A stretch of DNA of 63,837 nt, filler included, from Vannella sp. (Eukaryota), in the NCBI GenBank assembly GCA_023345925.1. It is 8 parts of 8 records of this genome, joined end to end, with 100 filler letters (N's around TTAATTAATTAA, not from the genome) between each part and the next. Parts side by side here need not be neighbours in the genome. Positions count along the whole stretch, not along the records: positions 1 to 13,718 come from JAJQQN010000884.1; 7 more parts are not named here. The stretch is one strand, 5' to 3'. The translations under genes and the position numbers were made by a program. Within the stretch, counting starts at the first letter, position 1. Every line of letters begins with the position of its first letter. The notes under the pieces are model-generated. The model saw nothing but the letters and a program-made list of their open reading frames with translations, was not told where the DNA came from and ran no database searches. Shown here one piece after another: positions 1 through 11,375 of the stretch.

Positions 1-1968
1 ATGAGAGAACCAGATCCTCCCGCTACTATGTCGACCGGGACTACGATCGCCCAACGGAAGACTACTACGAACATCGGCATCGGGACCATCGTTCGAGCCG
101 CAAAGAAGAGAGCCACGCCTCAAGCCGAAGGCACAGCAAAGAGAGAACGGAGCGACGTTCTACCAGGCACCATTCGCCCCCGCGCAGCTCTTCTGATTCC
201 TTACGAGATCAACCCCAGAAGGGCAGGACAGCGTCACCTCCACCTCCTCCCAAGGATCCCTCCCCTGTTGAAGCTAAGCCCCTCCCTGTTCTCCCCCAAA
301 GAACAGCAGCAGAGGAAGCTCAGCTCCTTGAGCAAAGGAGAGAAGCACGTCGCCTGCTTGCTGCTGCAGAGCAAGAAGGCGAGGCTACCCAGGAGTTGGT
401 CTCCATCGCTACGGCAAGTGAACCAGACCCTTACAAAGGACTTACGGAAGAAGAAAAGGTCCAAAAACGCTTGGAACAGCGCCGCCGCGAAAGGGCTGCC
501 CTGTTTGAGGGACCCACTGCTCCTCCTGTTCAAGTACCCGAGCCAACCGCAAGCGAAAAGGCGCTAGATGAGGTATCCCATACCCCGCCGGATATTCCCA
601 CTCCCAAACCGCAACCAAGTCACTCACAGAGTCCGGCAGTGCCGGATCCTGTCTCTGCAGGTGGCCCTAGTGACGATGATAACGAAGTGGACATCTTTGC
701 TGATAACCCAGACGATTTGGGAGAGGAAGAAGCGGTCGATGTCGCTTGGGTCGACACGGTTGCAGAAGATTGGGATGACTCGGAGGGGTTCATGAGTACG
801 TTCCCACCCTGGTAGACTCTCAGAGCCTCTCTCTCTAACCAGCATGTAGGGTACCGCATTGGAGAAACCATGAATAATAGGTACAAAGTACTGGGGCACT
901 ATGGTAAGGGAGTGTTCGGCCAAGTATTGAAAGTCCAAGATACAACGATCCCGGAATCTCTTATTTTTGCTGTCAAGGTCAGCCGAAGTAATGACACAAT
1001 GTACGTGGCTCCATCAATCCCATTACCACCAACAACTAACATTACAGTCGCTATCAGGAAACGGGCTGCCGAGACCGAACGGGATTTCCTTCTTTTACTG
1101 AAAGAGCGAGGGAGAATCCGAAACGTGGTATCTTTACATGATTCTTTTGAGTACAAAAAGCATCTTTGCTTAGTCCTTGAGCCAATGACGTTTAACCTCC
1201 GCGAGGTAATCCAGAACTTTGGAGGCGGTGTGGGGATTACTCTGAAAGCTGTCCGCTTTTACTCGCTCCAACTCCTTAATGGACTTCGTCACCTCAAGCA
1301 AAGTAATATTCTTCATGCGGACATCAAACCAGACAACATTGTGGTGCGTACCGATCTGACTTGCAGGTACTCACTTTCAAATACTCACTTCTTGGGCTCA
1401 GGTGAGCGAGGACAAACTCAAACTGAAGATATGTGACTTTGGTACGGCTTCTGAGATCGATAGCCCAGAGAACGAACCCACTCCCCTCCTGGTCAGTCGG
1501 TTTTACCGCCCCCCTGAAGTCATTCTGGGACTCAAATATGACCAATCAGTGGATCTCTGGAGTGCTGCATGCTGCATTGCAGAGATGTACACCGGCCAGA
1601 TTCTATTCCAGGGAAAAGACAACAACGAAATGCTCCGCCTCCACATGGAGGTGAAAGGCCCGGTGTCGAAGAAGATGTTGCGGCGTGGGCTGTTCTCTCA
1701 TGAGCACTTTGACGCCGATCTCCAATACTTCCTGCAACAGAAGGAAGAGCCCCTTACGAAGAAGATCATCAGTCAAAGGGTGCTCTTCACGAATCCAACC
1801 TCAGACTTGATGCACGTGCTCCTTCCCCACGGCCACAAACTTCCTGACGAGGAGCTTGCTGGTGTGCGAGAGCTCAAAGACCTCCTTTCGAAGATGTTCG
1901 TGCTTGATCCAGCGAAGAGAATCTCTGTGGAGGAGGCGATGGCTCACCCCTTCCTCAAGAAGGCCTGA
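1..1968 (+). CDS. PRPF4B: PRP4 kinase (PRPF4B-like CMGC pre-mRNA splicing kinase), 5' end outside window
   Basis: RS/RH-rich N-terminal region in frame 3, then DWDDSEGF(M)RYRIGE, GKGVFGQV, HADIKPDN, DFGTA, LVSRFYRPPEVILG. Introns 796-849, 1001-1057 (in-frame) and about 1344-1401. Stop at 1968. Confidence 0.93.
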
Positions 1969-2061
1969 TCAGGAGGACAAAAGCAAGTCAAAGAAGAGGA
2001 ATGGTTTATGGAGCGCAAAGGTGGTGACATCTTATCAATACAGAAGCGAGAACTCTATCGC

Positions 2062-3927
2062 TTAGCTCTCAGACTTGCGCTTCTTCTTGTCCTTCTTCTC
2101 GGACTTGTCTTTCTTCTCAGACTTGTCTTTCTTCTCCTTCTTTTCGGACTTGTCCTTCTTCTCAGACTTGTCTTTCTTCTCTGTCTTGTCCTTCTTTGCC
2201 TTCTTCTTCTTGGGCTCTTCCTCCTCAGCCACGGAAGACCTCTTTCGCTTCTTAGACTTGCTGGAATCATCTTCCACGTCCATCTTGGAGGAGAGAGTGC
2301 TATCAGCCTTAAGATCGTACACTTTGGGGTCCTTCAACAGTGAAGGATTCTCAACGTCTCGCTTGGAATCGTACTTCTTGGTTCCAACGCTGGTGGAGTT
2401 GTAGCTGATGATCTCGCGACCTTCCAGCTGGCGCAGGCGGTTCTCAACAACATTTCTACTGTCAAGGCCGATCATTGCGGTATCTTGATCACCAAGCGCG
2501 TCCACACGGATAGAAAGAGCGCACTTGTTGGCGAGAACTCGGGACATCTTCAGAAGGTTAGTTCAAAGAGACTTGCTGGAAGAGGAGAACGAACCTTTCC
2601 CTTGTTCTTTTGGCTGGCTTGTCCGATCAGAGAAGCGTGGTAGATCAGACCGTATTTGGGAGTGGCGTGCTTGGTCTTGAGGGCGCGGAAGAGAGCCTTC
2701 TCAGCACCCAGGATTTGGACAGTGGAAGCAGGGTGCTTTGCGAGGTTAAGCAGACTTCCAGCATGGGCAATGAGACGGGCTCCAACGAGCTCTCCCACCA
2801 AAACAGTGAGATTGGGAGCAATCGCTTGCATGCGGTGCTTCAAATACTCGAAGAGTTGATCTCGGTACTCGCTCATCTCCATCACTTGGGTGCAAAGATC
2901 ACCAATGTTGAGCATGTCCTCCTCGCTGATCTATGGCAATTGGGTGAGAACGAGTTTGGAGGGAGAAGGGGAAGACGGACCTCTGTTCCCATAGAAATCT
3001 TGGCTGCATCTTGTACTTGAGCCTCGAGCTCCTCAGGCAAAACCTCTGAGAGATCAGGCAGAGGGTGGTGGCGGATCCCTTGGACGAAAGAGTGAGTGAT
3101 CGAAAAGACATCGGAGGAGAGAACGAACCGATAGTCCTGGCAGTCTTAGCGTACAAGACGTTATCAGGAACGACCTTGAAAAGCTCAGGGAAGTGCCAGC
3201 CGTACCACTCCTTCACCCTCATGGCGTAGGTGTTCAGCTCTTTGTCAAGATCATCCAACAAACCTGCAAAAATCGCCAAAAATCAGAATGAACAGTTTCA
3301 CAGGGTACAAGATCTTCCCCTTGTGAGGGGAAAGAGAAGGGGAGCTTACCAATGGCTTGAACGATCATCGTGTCAACTTTGTCGGGGCTGAACTTGATCT
3401 TGTAGCGGGAGAGACTGTGCGAGAGACCCAGAACCATATGCGAGAGATCCTTCTCACTCACATCACTCAAGAGATTGGGCAGTTGAGAACGGATCCCACG
3501 CGTAAGCTCTTGAACAACGGATTCCGAGGTAACATCAGTACCCAGCTTCTCTTTGATGGATTTTGCTAGCTTTGAGTCGATAACACCCAGATTGTCCTTG
3601 CTCTTCTTCAAGGAGGTCTTGAGGAACTCCTTCAAGGATTTGTCCATCTTTCCCTCAGACAAGGCGGTAGATGCAGCAAGAGCCTCTGTCGTGTCAAAGA
3701 AGCGGTGGAAGCTCTGAAGCGTCACACTGTGGTACCCCGTATTAGTTCCACGATCAACCCAGGAACCAAGCAGAACAAGGCGATCAACTCTCGGGAGCTT
3801 CTTACAATTTCTGCGCCTTTGAAGCTGTTGCGAACTCTTGGTGGAGGTTGTCGATCGACTTCAGCTTGCTATCATCGTTAACCTTGAACAAGGCGAACCC
3901 CGCTGGAGTCTCAAACAGGACCAGCAT
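2062..3927 (-). CDS. NOP58: Nucleolar protein 58 (box C/D snoRNP core)
   Basis: Starts [16 protein letters not shown]; contains [62 protein letters not shown] and a KKDKSE-repeat tail. Several short introns. Confidence 0.95.
2080..2210 (-). repeat. Coding tandem repeat ([10 protein letters not shown] units) in the NOP58 tail
   Basis: 18-nt units such as cttctcagacttgtcttt recur on the + strand, encoding the lysine-rich tail typical of NOP56/NOP58. Confidence 0.85.
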
Positions 3928-4157
3928 CTGCAAACGCCAGCAAAAAAAGAGAACTTTTTATCACGCCTTTCCTTCTGTTATTCACATAATCTTATCAAAT
4001 CGAAACAAATACAAGCGGATCAATTGAATTGATGACATCAAGCAGATGAGAACATCATGGTTAGCCTGCCAGAGGCCCTTACCATCACGTACATTCATAC
4101 AGGATGAAAGACACTTGTTGGTGTGTCGTTAGGGAAGCATTCTGGGGCGATTAGAGG

Positions 4158-5065
4158 ATGGCGGCGGCTGGTCGGGTGGCTTTGGTGGTGAAGACGGGTG
4201 AGGAGGGAGTTGGGTGAGGGAATGAGGTGTTAAGGGATGTGTAGGAGGGTTACAGCTACTTCGAATTCCCATCTTTCAGGACAATTACTCGTGGATGGTG
4301 GTGGAGGAGAGGACAATGCGCGCTGCTGTCATTGATCCGGCTGATCCTGACGTAATTTTGGATGTAGCAGCTCGTGGCAACTTCCAGATCACAGATGTTC
4401 TTACAACACATCATCACTGGTGGGTTCCCAGTCCGTGAGAAGGAGAATCGACCTCATCTGTTGGTAGGGATCATGCTGGCGGTAATAAGAGGCTATTAGA
4501 GGTATTAGGGAGTGACCTCCGTGTATTTGGAGGAGAGAGGAACATAGAAGGACTCAACCAAGTGGTGGATGAGCGCTCCTCAGTGCCGTTTGCTGGACAT
4601 AACTTCCAAGTCCTCTCCACACCTTGCCACACGGCAGGTCACGTCTCCTACTGGCTCGGGAAAACCAATCCTCCAATGCTGTTCTGTGGAGACACTCTGT
4701 TCGTAGGAGGATGCGGCCGCTTCTTCGAAGGAACGCCAAGTCAAATGGTAGCGTCCCTTCAAAAGCTCTCTTCTCTTCCCCCGGAGACCCTCGTCTGCTG
4801 TGGACACGAGTACACACTATCGAATATGCGGTTCGCAGCACAAGTGGATCCGAACAACCCAGCGGTGCTGAACAAGCTTGCATGGGCGGAGGAACAAACC
4901 TCCCAAGGCCTCAGCACGGTTCCCTCCACTCTCGGGGAGGAACTAGAGTACAACCCTTTCATGAGGCTTGGAGAGAAGAGCATTCGGTCTTCATTGGGCT
5001 TCACCAGCTCCTGCACAGATACCAAAGTGATGCAGAGACTTCGAGAAATGAAAAACGCTATGTAA
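4158..5065 (+). CDS. HAGH: Hydroxyacylglutathione hydrolase (glyoxalase II, metallo-beta-lactamase fold)
   Basis: IPIFQDNYSW, VIDPA, THHHW|DHAGGN (split by an intron), TPCHTAGH, FCGDTLFVGGCGRFFEG, CGHEYT, NPFMR. Confidence 0.93.
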
Positions 5066-5169
5066 CTCACTTGCAAGCAACCCAAACTGTCTGTTAGGCA
5101 GTAATAACACTCTTAAGACGTATCAGTGACAAGGTACGAGATGGAGGAGTCTATTGCGCGATGGAATCT

Positions 5170-6213
5170 TCATTTCTGGCGAGCAATGTGAATGACTTTC
5201 TTGAGTATGATGCCGAGGCTCTTTCCAGGATGAGTGGCAGATGTCTCAAAGTGAACTTGAATGTCTTTGAAGGGTGCCAGTTGCAGTTTGATCTGCCAAG
5301 CCGTTCGTGAGTTTCTGTGACAGAAAGAGGAGGCGTTTTCTTACTTCTTGTGATGGAATGGGAGCCCCTCGGATGGCACCCTTCCACACAAAGTCATCTT
5401 GTGCAATTTGGCTCCATCTCTTGCACACCAACGAGGCTCTGGCCATGCTGGGAGCGTCGAGGTAAAGAAAGATGCGTTCCAGTACTTCAGATGGGACCTC
5501 CTCGATGGTGAAGGCCCCTCCAATAGATGGTTCTTAGCTTGAGTGAGCGAATCTCATCCAGAGAAGAGAAAAGGACCAACCGTTCAAGGTACTGGAGTAC
5601 GAAGGAAGAGGGATGGAGCCTTTAGAACGCTTCTGCTCGGTCAGTGCCAGTCTCAGATCATTCTTACATCCTATAACGATGATAGGACATGTCTGAGAGG
5701 CATTACGGATGAGAGAATGGTACTAACGAGGTGTTAGTGAGACTGGAAAGGTTGGAGAGGTACGTTCTCACTGTTTTCACGGCCTCCAAGGTGACTGTGT
5801 TCACCAAAGAGTAGAATATGATAGCCACGTGCGCGCATGCGATCGTCAGACGGAGATCATTGCCTTGAAGAGCTGGAGAACGGTTTAGCACACCTTTTCA
5901 TGGCCGCGGGACACCCTTGACTCACTACACGCATCCAAGAAGCCAATGGAGTTTCCTGTACTAGGACACGTGGCTTGCCAGACGTACCCAACGGGTGATT
6001 GGTCCTGAAACTCCACCAAGTACCCGGACGACTCGAAAAGGTCCCTCACCGCCCTCACCCACGTGCCTGCCACCACATCAGATCTTCCCCTACCCACTAC
6101 GCTACTCTCTCACTCCTTCCTGTCCTGGGAGCACCAAGCAGCACCACTGTACTCGCCTTCCTCTTGGCCGAGGACTCTTTCAGCCAGTCCCTCTTCCTGG
6201 AGCGGCTCAGCAT
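5170..6213 (-). CDS. Atypical Rho-like small GTPase with an internally inserted F-box (6 exons, 264 aa)
   Basis: Exons 6213-6114, 6066-5926, 5872-5772, 5722-5581, 5532-5345 and 5292-5170 join in frame (795 nt). Motifs: VVLLGAPRTGRST (G1), FLDACT (degenerate G3), PIIVIGCKNDLR (G4), IEEVPSEVLERIFLYLDAPSMARASLVCKRWSQIAQDDFVWK (F-box), HFETSA (G5). Confidence 0.8.
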
Positions 6214-6285
6214 AATGACTCGTAGGCTCTCTTGCACTAGCTTTGCCTAGTGCACATCTCCCATGGGCTGGAGGACCCTCATTTG

Positions 6286-7803
6286 ATGGCCACCGTTGTT
6301 TGGGAGCACGTTGGGCGGGCGAGCTCGGCGCTGCCTTTGTTGGCGTTGTTGAGGGACAAGTATACGGAAGAGTGGGTGTGTGAAGAAGAGAGTCTGTTCG
6401 ATTCGCGGTCCTACAGGCGGGAGGCACGTTGGTTGGTGGTTTTTGGGTTGGGTGCCGCTGTTCTTGGTGGCTGGTGGCGAGGACAAGTAGTTCTGGGCTT
6501 ACTTCACATGTCCGGCTTCCTGGATAAGGCTACTGGTGTCTACAGCTGGTTAATGGGAGGCCACCACAGACTCCACCGAATCATCAGCCCCTTCGTCTTC
6601 CTCCTTGTGTGGGCAGCTGCCAATGTAGCTCATAACTGGCTACTTGGAACAGGTATACAAGTAGAAACCTCCAAGTTTTGGTGCGATTCGATCCCTGCCC
6701 TCTATGCCACAATACGACTCAGTCACTTTCTCCACCAAAAGGCGGATTTGGAACGATTCCACTTCCTCCACGCGGTTATTGAAGTGTTCTTAATCTCTCG
6801 GGCACCTGTAGAGATACTCTCCATCTATTCACGACGCCAAGAGTATTCATTTGAGGCGATAACGCAACTCCTTTGGGTTCTTCTTTTACCTTTTCTCTTC
6901 TTTGCCAAGTTCCCTTCCAGCTCCGAGGTATCTGTGAGACAAAGGCTCATTGTAAGAAATGCGGGTCAGATACCAGATGACGCTCCTTGCTTAGAAAGAG
7001 AACTTGAGGAGTATTTGGAGTCCAATAGTATGTTGGCCACCCTCCAGGTCCTCCATTGGATGAACTACCGCTTTGGGAAGCTACGAAACCACCAGATTAT
7101 ACTGAATCTCGGGATCCTGATGGTTCTAGCGAACATATCCGCGCCTATCCGCTATTACTTGGAAGGACTTTTGTGTTTCTTGTTCATCGTAACTGGCCCT
7201 GCTATGGTGACGTTGACGGCTCGGCAGCTTCTTACTGGACTGCTCACTCATCGACAAGTACCAACACTCCTCTCAATGGTAATGGGATACTACGCCATCT
7301 TCCTCATTGATGTGTGGCTTGAATTGATCATTCCTTACTCTCCTGCTATCAGTGACATGGTCGAGTACATAGCTAACACGTGGTATCTCGAAAAGTCTTA
7401 TCTGGTGCTTCTCTTCGGCCGTCCACTCATCTTTATCAGCACTTTGGGATTTCCGGTCATCTCCACGTTGAGTGCGTTTTGTGTTGGATTCGGCCGCGGG
7501 TGGAGTTCCTCCTTACGACCGACTATATTCACTCTTTGTAGCTTCTTTGTGGTGGATCTGTTCTATCCTCAGGTGCTTTTAACCATTGGGAGTTTCTGTT
7601 TCGAGCCCAGCGAATGGTACCAATACCGGGATCTTCTCTGGATAGGTTACTTGGCCTTCATGAGTCCGATAGCCTACTTCTCCTTCCAGTCTGAATGGCG
7701 CAGTCTCTTCCCGGAGTTCTACCCACTGGCACTAGTAGTACCCGGTACTCCGTCCAAACTCGCTCGTGGATGGCTTGGTACCCGCTCTCCGGCATCCAAA
7801 TGA
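6286..7803 (+). CDS. Uncharacterised multi-pass membrane protein (about 505 aa)
   Basis: Long uninterrupted ORF with many hydrophobic segments. No family recognised. Confidence 0.65.
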   Translation: MATVVWEHVGRASSALPLLALLRDKYTEEWVCEEESLFDSRSYRREARWLVVFGLGAAVLGGWWRGQVVLGLLHMSGFLDKATGVYSWLMGGHHRLHRIISPFVFLLVWAAANVAHNWLLGTGIQVETSKFWCDSIPALYATIRLSHFLHQKADLERFHFLHAVIEVFLISRAPVEILSIYSRRQEYSFEAITQLLWVLLLPFLFFAKFPSSSEVSVRQRLIVRNAGQIPDDAPCLERELEEYLESNSMLATLQVLHWMNYRFGKLRNHQIILNLGILMVLANISAPIRYYLEGLLCFLFIVTGPAMVTLTARQLLTGLLTHRQVPTLLSMVMGYYAIFLIDVWLELIIPYSPAISDMVEYIANTWYLEKSYLVLLFGRPLIFISTLGFPVISTLSAFCVGFGRGWSSSLRPTIFTLCSFFVVDLFYPQVLLTIGSFCFEPSEWYQYRDLLWIGYLAFMSPIAYFSFQSEWRSLFPEFYPLALVVPGTPSKLARGWLGTRSPASK

Positions 7804-7857
7804 TGGAAAGAATGATTGGAAAGGAGTAAACCTTCATTTCCCCTTGCCCTTGTCGTC

Positions 7858-10800
7858 ATGGAGGCGCTGGTGGCCCAGTTGGACTCGGTTTTGGCTCAGC
7901 TGCAGGATCCGCTGGTGATTGGGAACCCTACGAAGAAGAAGGAGATTGGTAGGTCCTTGTGTGATGATGAGGGGAGCAGTGACTCATGAGCATACTCAGA
8001 GGACCAGCTGGGAACTCTCAAGACCCGCGCGGACGCTTGGGACATTGCAGAGCACTGTCTGGAGCGCTCTGCTAGTCCCATGGTGGTGTGGTTCTCTATA
8101 AGCATGGTCGATCATCTCTTAAAGAGCCAATGGAGCACTACATCAAGCGGAGCGCGTGGTCATATTCGTGAAGTCCTCTTTCGCACGCTCTGTGCTCGAC
8201 AGGCTGCTCTTCCAGACTTCGTTTCTAAGTCTCTTGCTAACCTCATTGTCCGCATTGCTGTTAGAGACTGGCCACATGACGATCCGACCTTCCTACAGCG
8301 AACTCTTGCAGCCTTGGGTCAGCCTCAGCACTGGTACGTCCTACTTCGCCCAGCGATGGACCCTGGTCTCATACAGTTGGATAGCATAGCTGCTTTGCTC
8401 TTGTATCAACAGATGGCAGAGGAGTTTGCCCCTTCCCAGATCAAACTCCTCCCTGCCGACCTCGAGAAGGCCCTTTCTAACATCAAAGGCCACTTGCCAG
8501 AGCTCATGAACACCCTTCAGGCATTCCTAGAGCACCAGTTGACCTACGTTCAACAAGGCGCCTTCACAGACCCCTCACAACAGAAGAAGGCCATGTTGGG
8601 CCTCGAAGCTCTCATCCAGTTCCTCGTGTGGATCCCGCTTAGCGAGATACTCAGTCCTGCTTTCATGAAGGTACTATTCGGATTCATTCACCTGCCCAAT
8701 GACGGCACCAGCTTGGCTGCATTCTCTTGTGTGAACGAGATTCTCGCCCAAAACTTTGTTCCCAAGGAGTTTGCTGAGTTCATGGTGACTGTCTTCAAGG
8801 AGCTCTTTCTACTTCTTCAGAAGCTTACTCAGTCCAAAGAAGGGCTGGGCCAGGTGGAGGAGGAGTGAGTTATGCCCTTCCAAAGTGCGAATGTCAATTG
8901 ACTTGGGATTGGGAAGATACGTGGTCAAGTTCACCCGCTTTACGAGTCTTTTCGTTTCCCTTCACTTGAAAAGGGTGGAGGCCAGCAATTCCTTTCCAAT
9001 TGTCGATTTCTTGTCTTTGCTGTATCAGTATACCTTTATGCAGGCTTCCTTGGAGGCTTTCCTTTCGTGCTTGGAGATTTGGGACACCTTTTTGGACTAC
9101 TTGATCTCTCAGCAAGAAGGAAGCTCGCCTTCAAGTTTGCACCTTCGCTATGCTGATGCTTTGGCAGCTTTGGCTCAGGAACTCACTCGCCGGTCTCAAT
9201 TTGCCACTAACGCTGCGGTTCTTTGTTCTCTTGATGCAGAGGAGTCTTCAGCGGGGGTTAATGATTCTGAGTTGGAGAGCTATTTGGAGGGATGCCTTAA
9301 CTTGATAGGAAAAGTCTCTCAACTTTATCCAGAGAAGATTCTTGGGACTTTGGCGGCTGTTGCTGAGAGACTGTCTGTGTTCATTAGTACCCAACCTCTG
9401 AGTGTATCTTCTGAAGGTATCAGGCTTGCCCAGGATGCTGAGGCTTCTCTGAGGGTATTCTCGCAAACTGTTTCTGGCTTTGTAAGTGCGCTTTCTGGCT
9501 TAATCAGTTTCTCACTTGCATCAGGTGCATGTCGACATTGCTAATGGCTGCCGTCTCCTCCAACTCTTTGTGAATGTGGGAAAGAGTGTTCTGCAGCAGG
9601 GTCTCCTGGGTGGATCTCACTCCACCACTTTTGGGCGAGTTGCAGCGCAGGTGTTTGGAACTCTGCGCTCCTTTGCACCTTGGATACAATCCAAACTTTC
9701 CGCCGCCAGCAGTGAAATGACTGCGACATTGACCAACATCATTGAACTAGTGATTGGAGTTCTTACCTTCCCCAAGTTGGTAAGAGCAGCTACGGATATC
9801 ATTCGGGTCACTAACAGAAGCGGAAAGACTTCTTTGGTGGGGCAATCGGCTTCCATCCTTCTAGGAACCCTGGGCAAAGTCCTCCCACTCATGCAGTTAC
9901 CGCAAATCCAGACCTTTGTCAAACAGGTTCCACAGCTCCTCCTCTCTCTCAAACAGCCAATCCAAATTGAACTTTGTGGGGCCATTTTGACCACTTTGCT
10001 GGTCCCTGTTGGAGACGCCAAGCAAGTCAATTGGGAAGAACGAATGCAGCAGACAATGGCCGTCTTCCAAAGCACTTTGTTTGATCCCTATGTTGCCGTA
10101 GTAGCTGCTCCTGACTTTGTACAGAGCGGTCGGTTCTCTTCTCCTGAAGTTCTCGCGCAGGTGAAACATATAACTTGTCTAACCAGTACAATGTTCCAGC
10201 GCTGCTTCTCTCTGGAGAAGAGGACGAAGCAAATCTTCTTTCAGACTTCACAGAAAGTGATCCAAGTCACTTTGTCTCTGTTTAAGCCGTATCTGCAATA
10301 CCCAGGTAGGATTCGTTTCTTCTCCACCCTCAATCTGTCTCTCACATTGAAGATGCAGTGATTTGCCGAGAGATTCTGCGATTCTTCCTTGAACTCTTCC
10401 AGAGCCTTCGCAGTGAAGTTGGGCCCAACTTTGCGCAACAGACGATCTCGTAAGAGCCTCCTCCCTCCTTTCTTCCGCACTCACCAACAGGTTTGGATTT
10501 TCTACAGAACTTTCATGGAAGTCCTACAAGGAGACAGAATCGCTGCTATCTTTGCAAGCAAGCGCGAAAGTGAAATTGAGGTGGTCGAACAGTTCTTGGG
10601 GCTTTTGAACATTCTAATGAGCTTCCCCGGTTCCACCTTCCAAAGCTATGTTTCTCACGTTGTGTCTCTCACTACTGCAATCTATCCTTTGGTTGCCAAC
10701 ACTCAAGACTTTGTTCATGTTCGAGAGGCCATCTTCCAAGTGCTCTACACTGTGCTCCTTACCCATTCTGTATCATGTACAGAAGACGAGCAGAAGACAA

Positions 10801-11272
10801 TAATGGGCATCTTCCTCGCCAGTTTCCAGCAATTGAGCGACTTGTCCGTTTTCAAGAACAATCTCTTTTTCTTGAACGATTTGAACAAGAGAAATCGCCT
10901 CTTCTCAAGAGAGTCCATTGCAAAGAATGTTCGTCCCGCCTTCCTTCGGACTCTATTAATGTTGCTCTTCGGTGGAATGCACGGCATTGTCGAAGAGGAC
11001 ATTATTTCCTTCTTGTTTGAGTTGGCATCTTTGGACTTTGCCGCATTCTACTCGCAAGTTCTATGTGGGACGCTCTCTGGTTTGACAGGACTTTCCAATT
11101 CGCAAAAGGCTCAACTTTTGGCACTATTTGGACAGGAAATTGACTTCCCGACTTTCTCCCGAAACTGCCATCAAATGGTAAGTCAGAAAACTCTCCCTTC
11201 TAGGAGACCAAAGCTTTAACCTCCTTTCAGTTAGGATCCTTTAAATACTTTTCAGCCGTGAATGGACAATAA
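7858..11272 (+). CDS. XPO6: Exportin-6 (importin-beta family nuclear actin exporter)
   Basis: IBN_N-type start (DWPHDDPTF). Segments AFSCVNEILAQNFVPKEF, YVVKFTRFTSLFVSLHLKRVE and FPIVDFLSLLYQYTFMQ..FLSCLEIWDTFLDYL closely match XPO6. Multiple short introns. Confidence 0.88.
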
Positions 11273-11375
11273 CGTCCACTCTTGAGAGTTAAAGTTCATT
11301 AAGACGGGAATTCAACAGAGCAGCTCCTCTGATAAACGCTCTTTTTCCTCATAAAGTGGAGAAACGGTTCAGGCT

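Noticed and set aside
2008..2404. Hydrophobic Leu/Phe-rich ORFs on the + strand resembling membrane proteins
   Set aside because: Antisense shadows of the NOP58 KKE/D repeat tail.
3930..4157. Possible box C/D snoRNA near NOP58 (TGATGA at about 4030) or within its introns
   Set aside because: No matching box D with a terminal stem was found, and the introns inspected lack C/D boxes.
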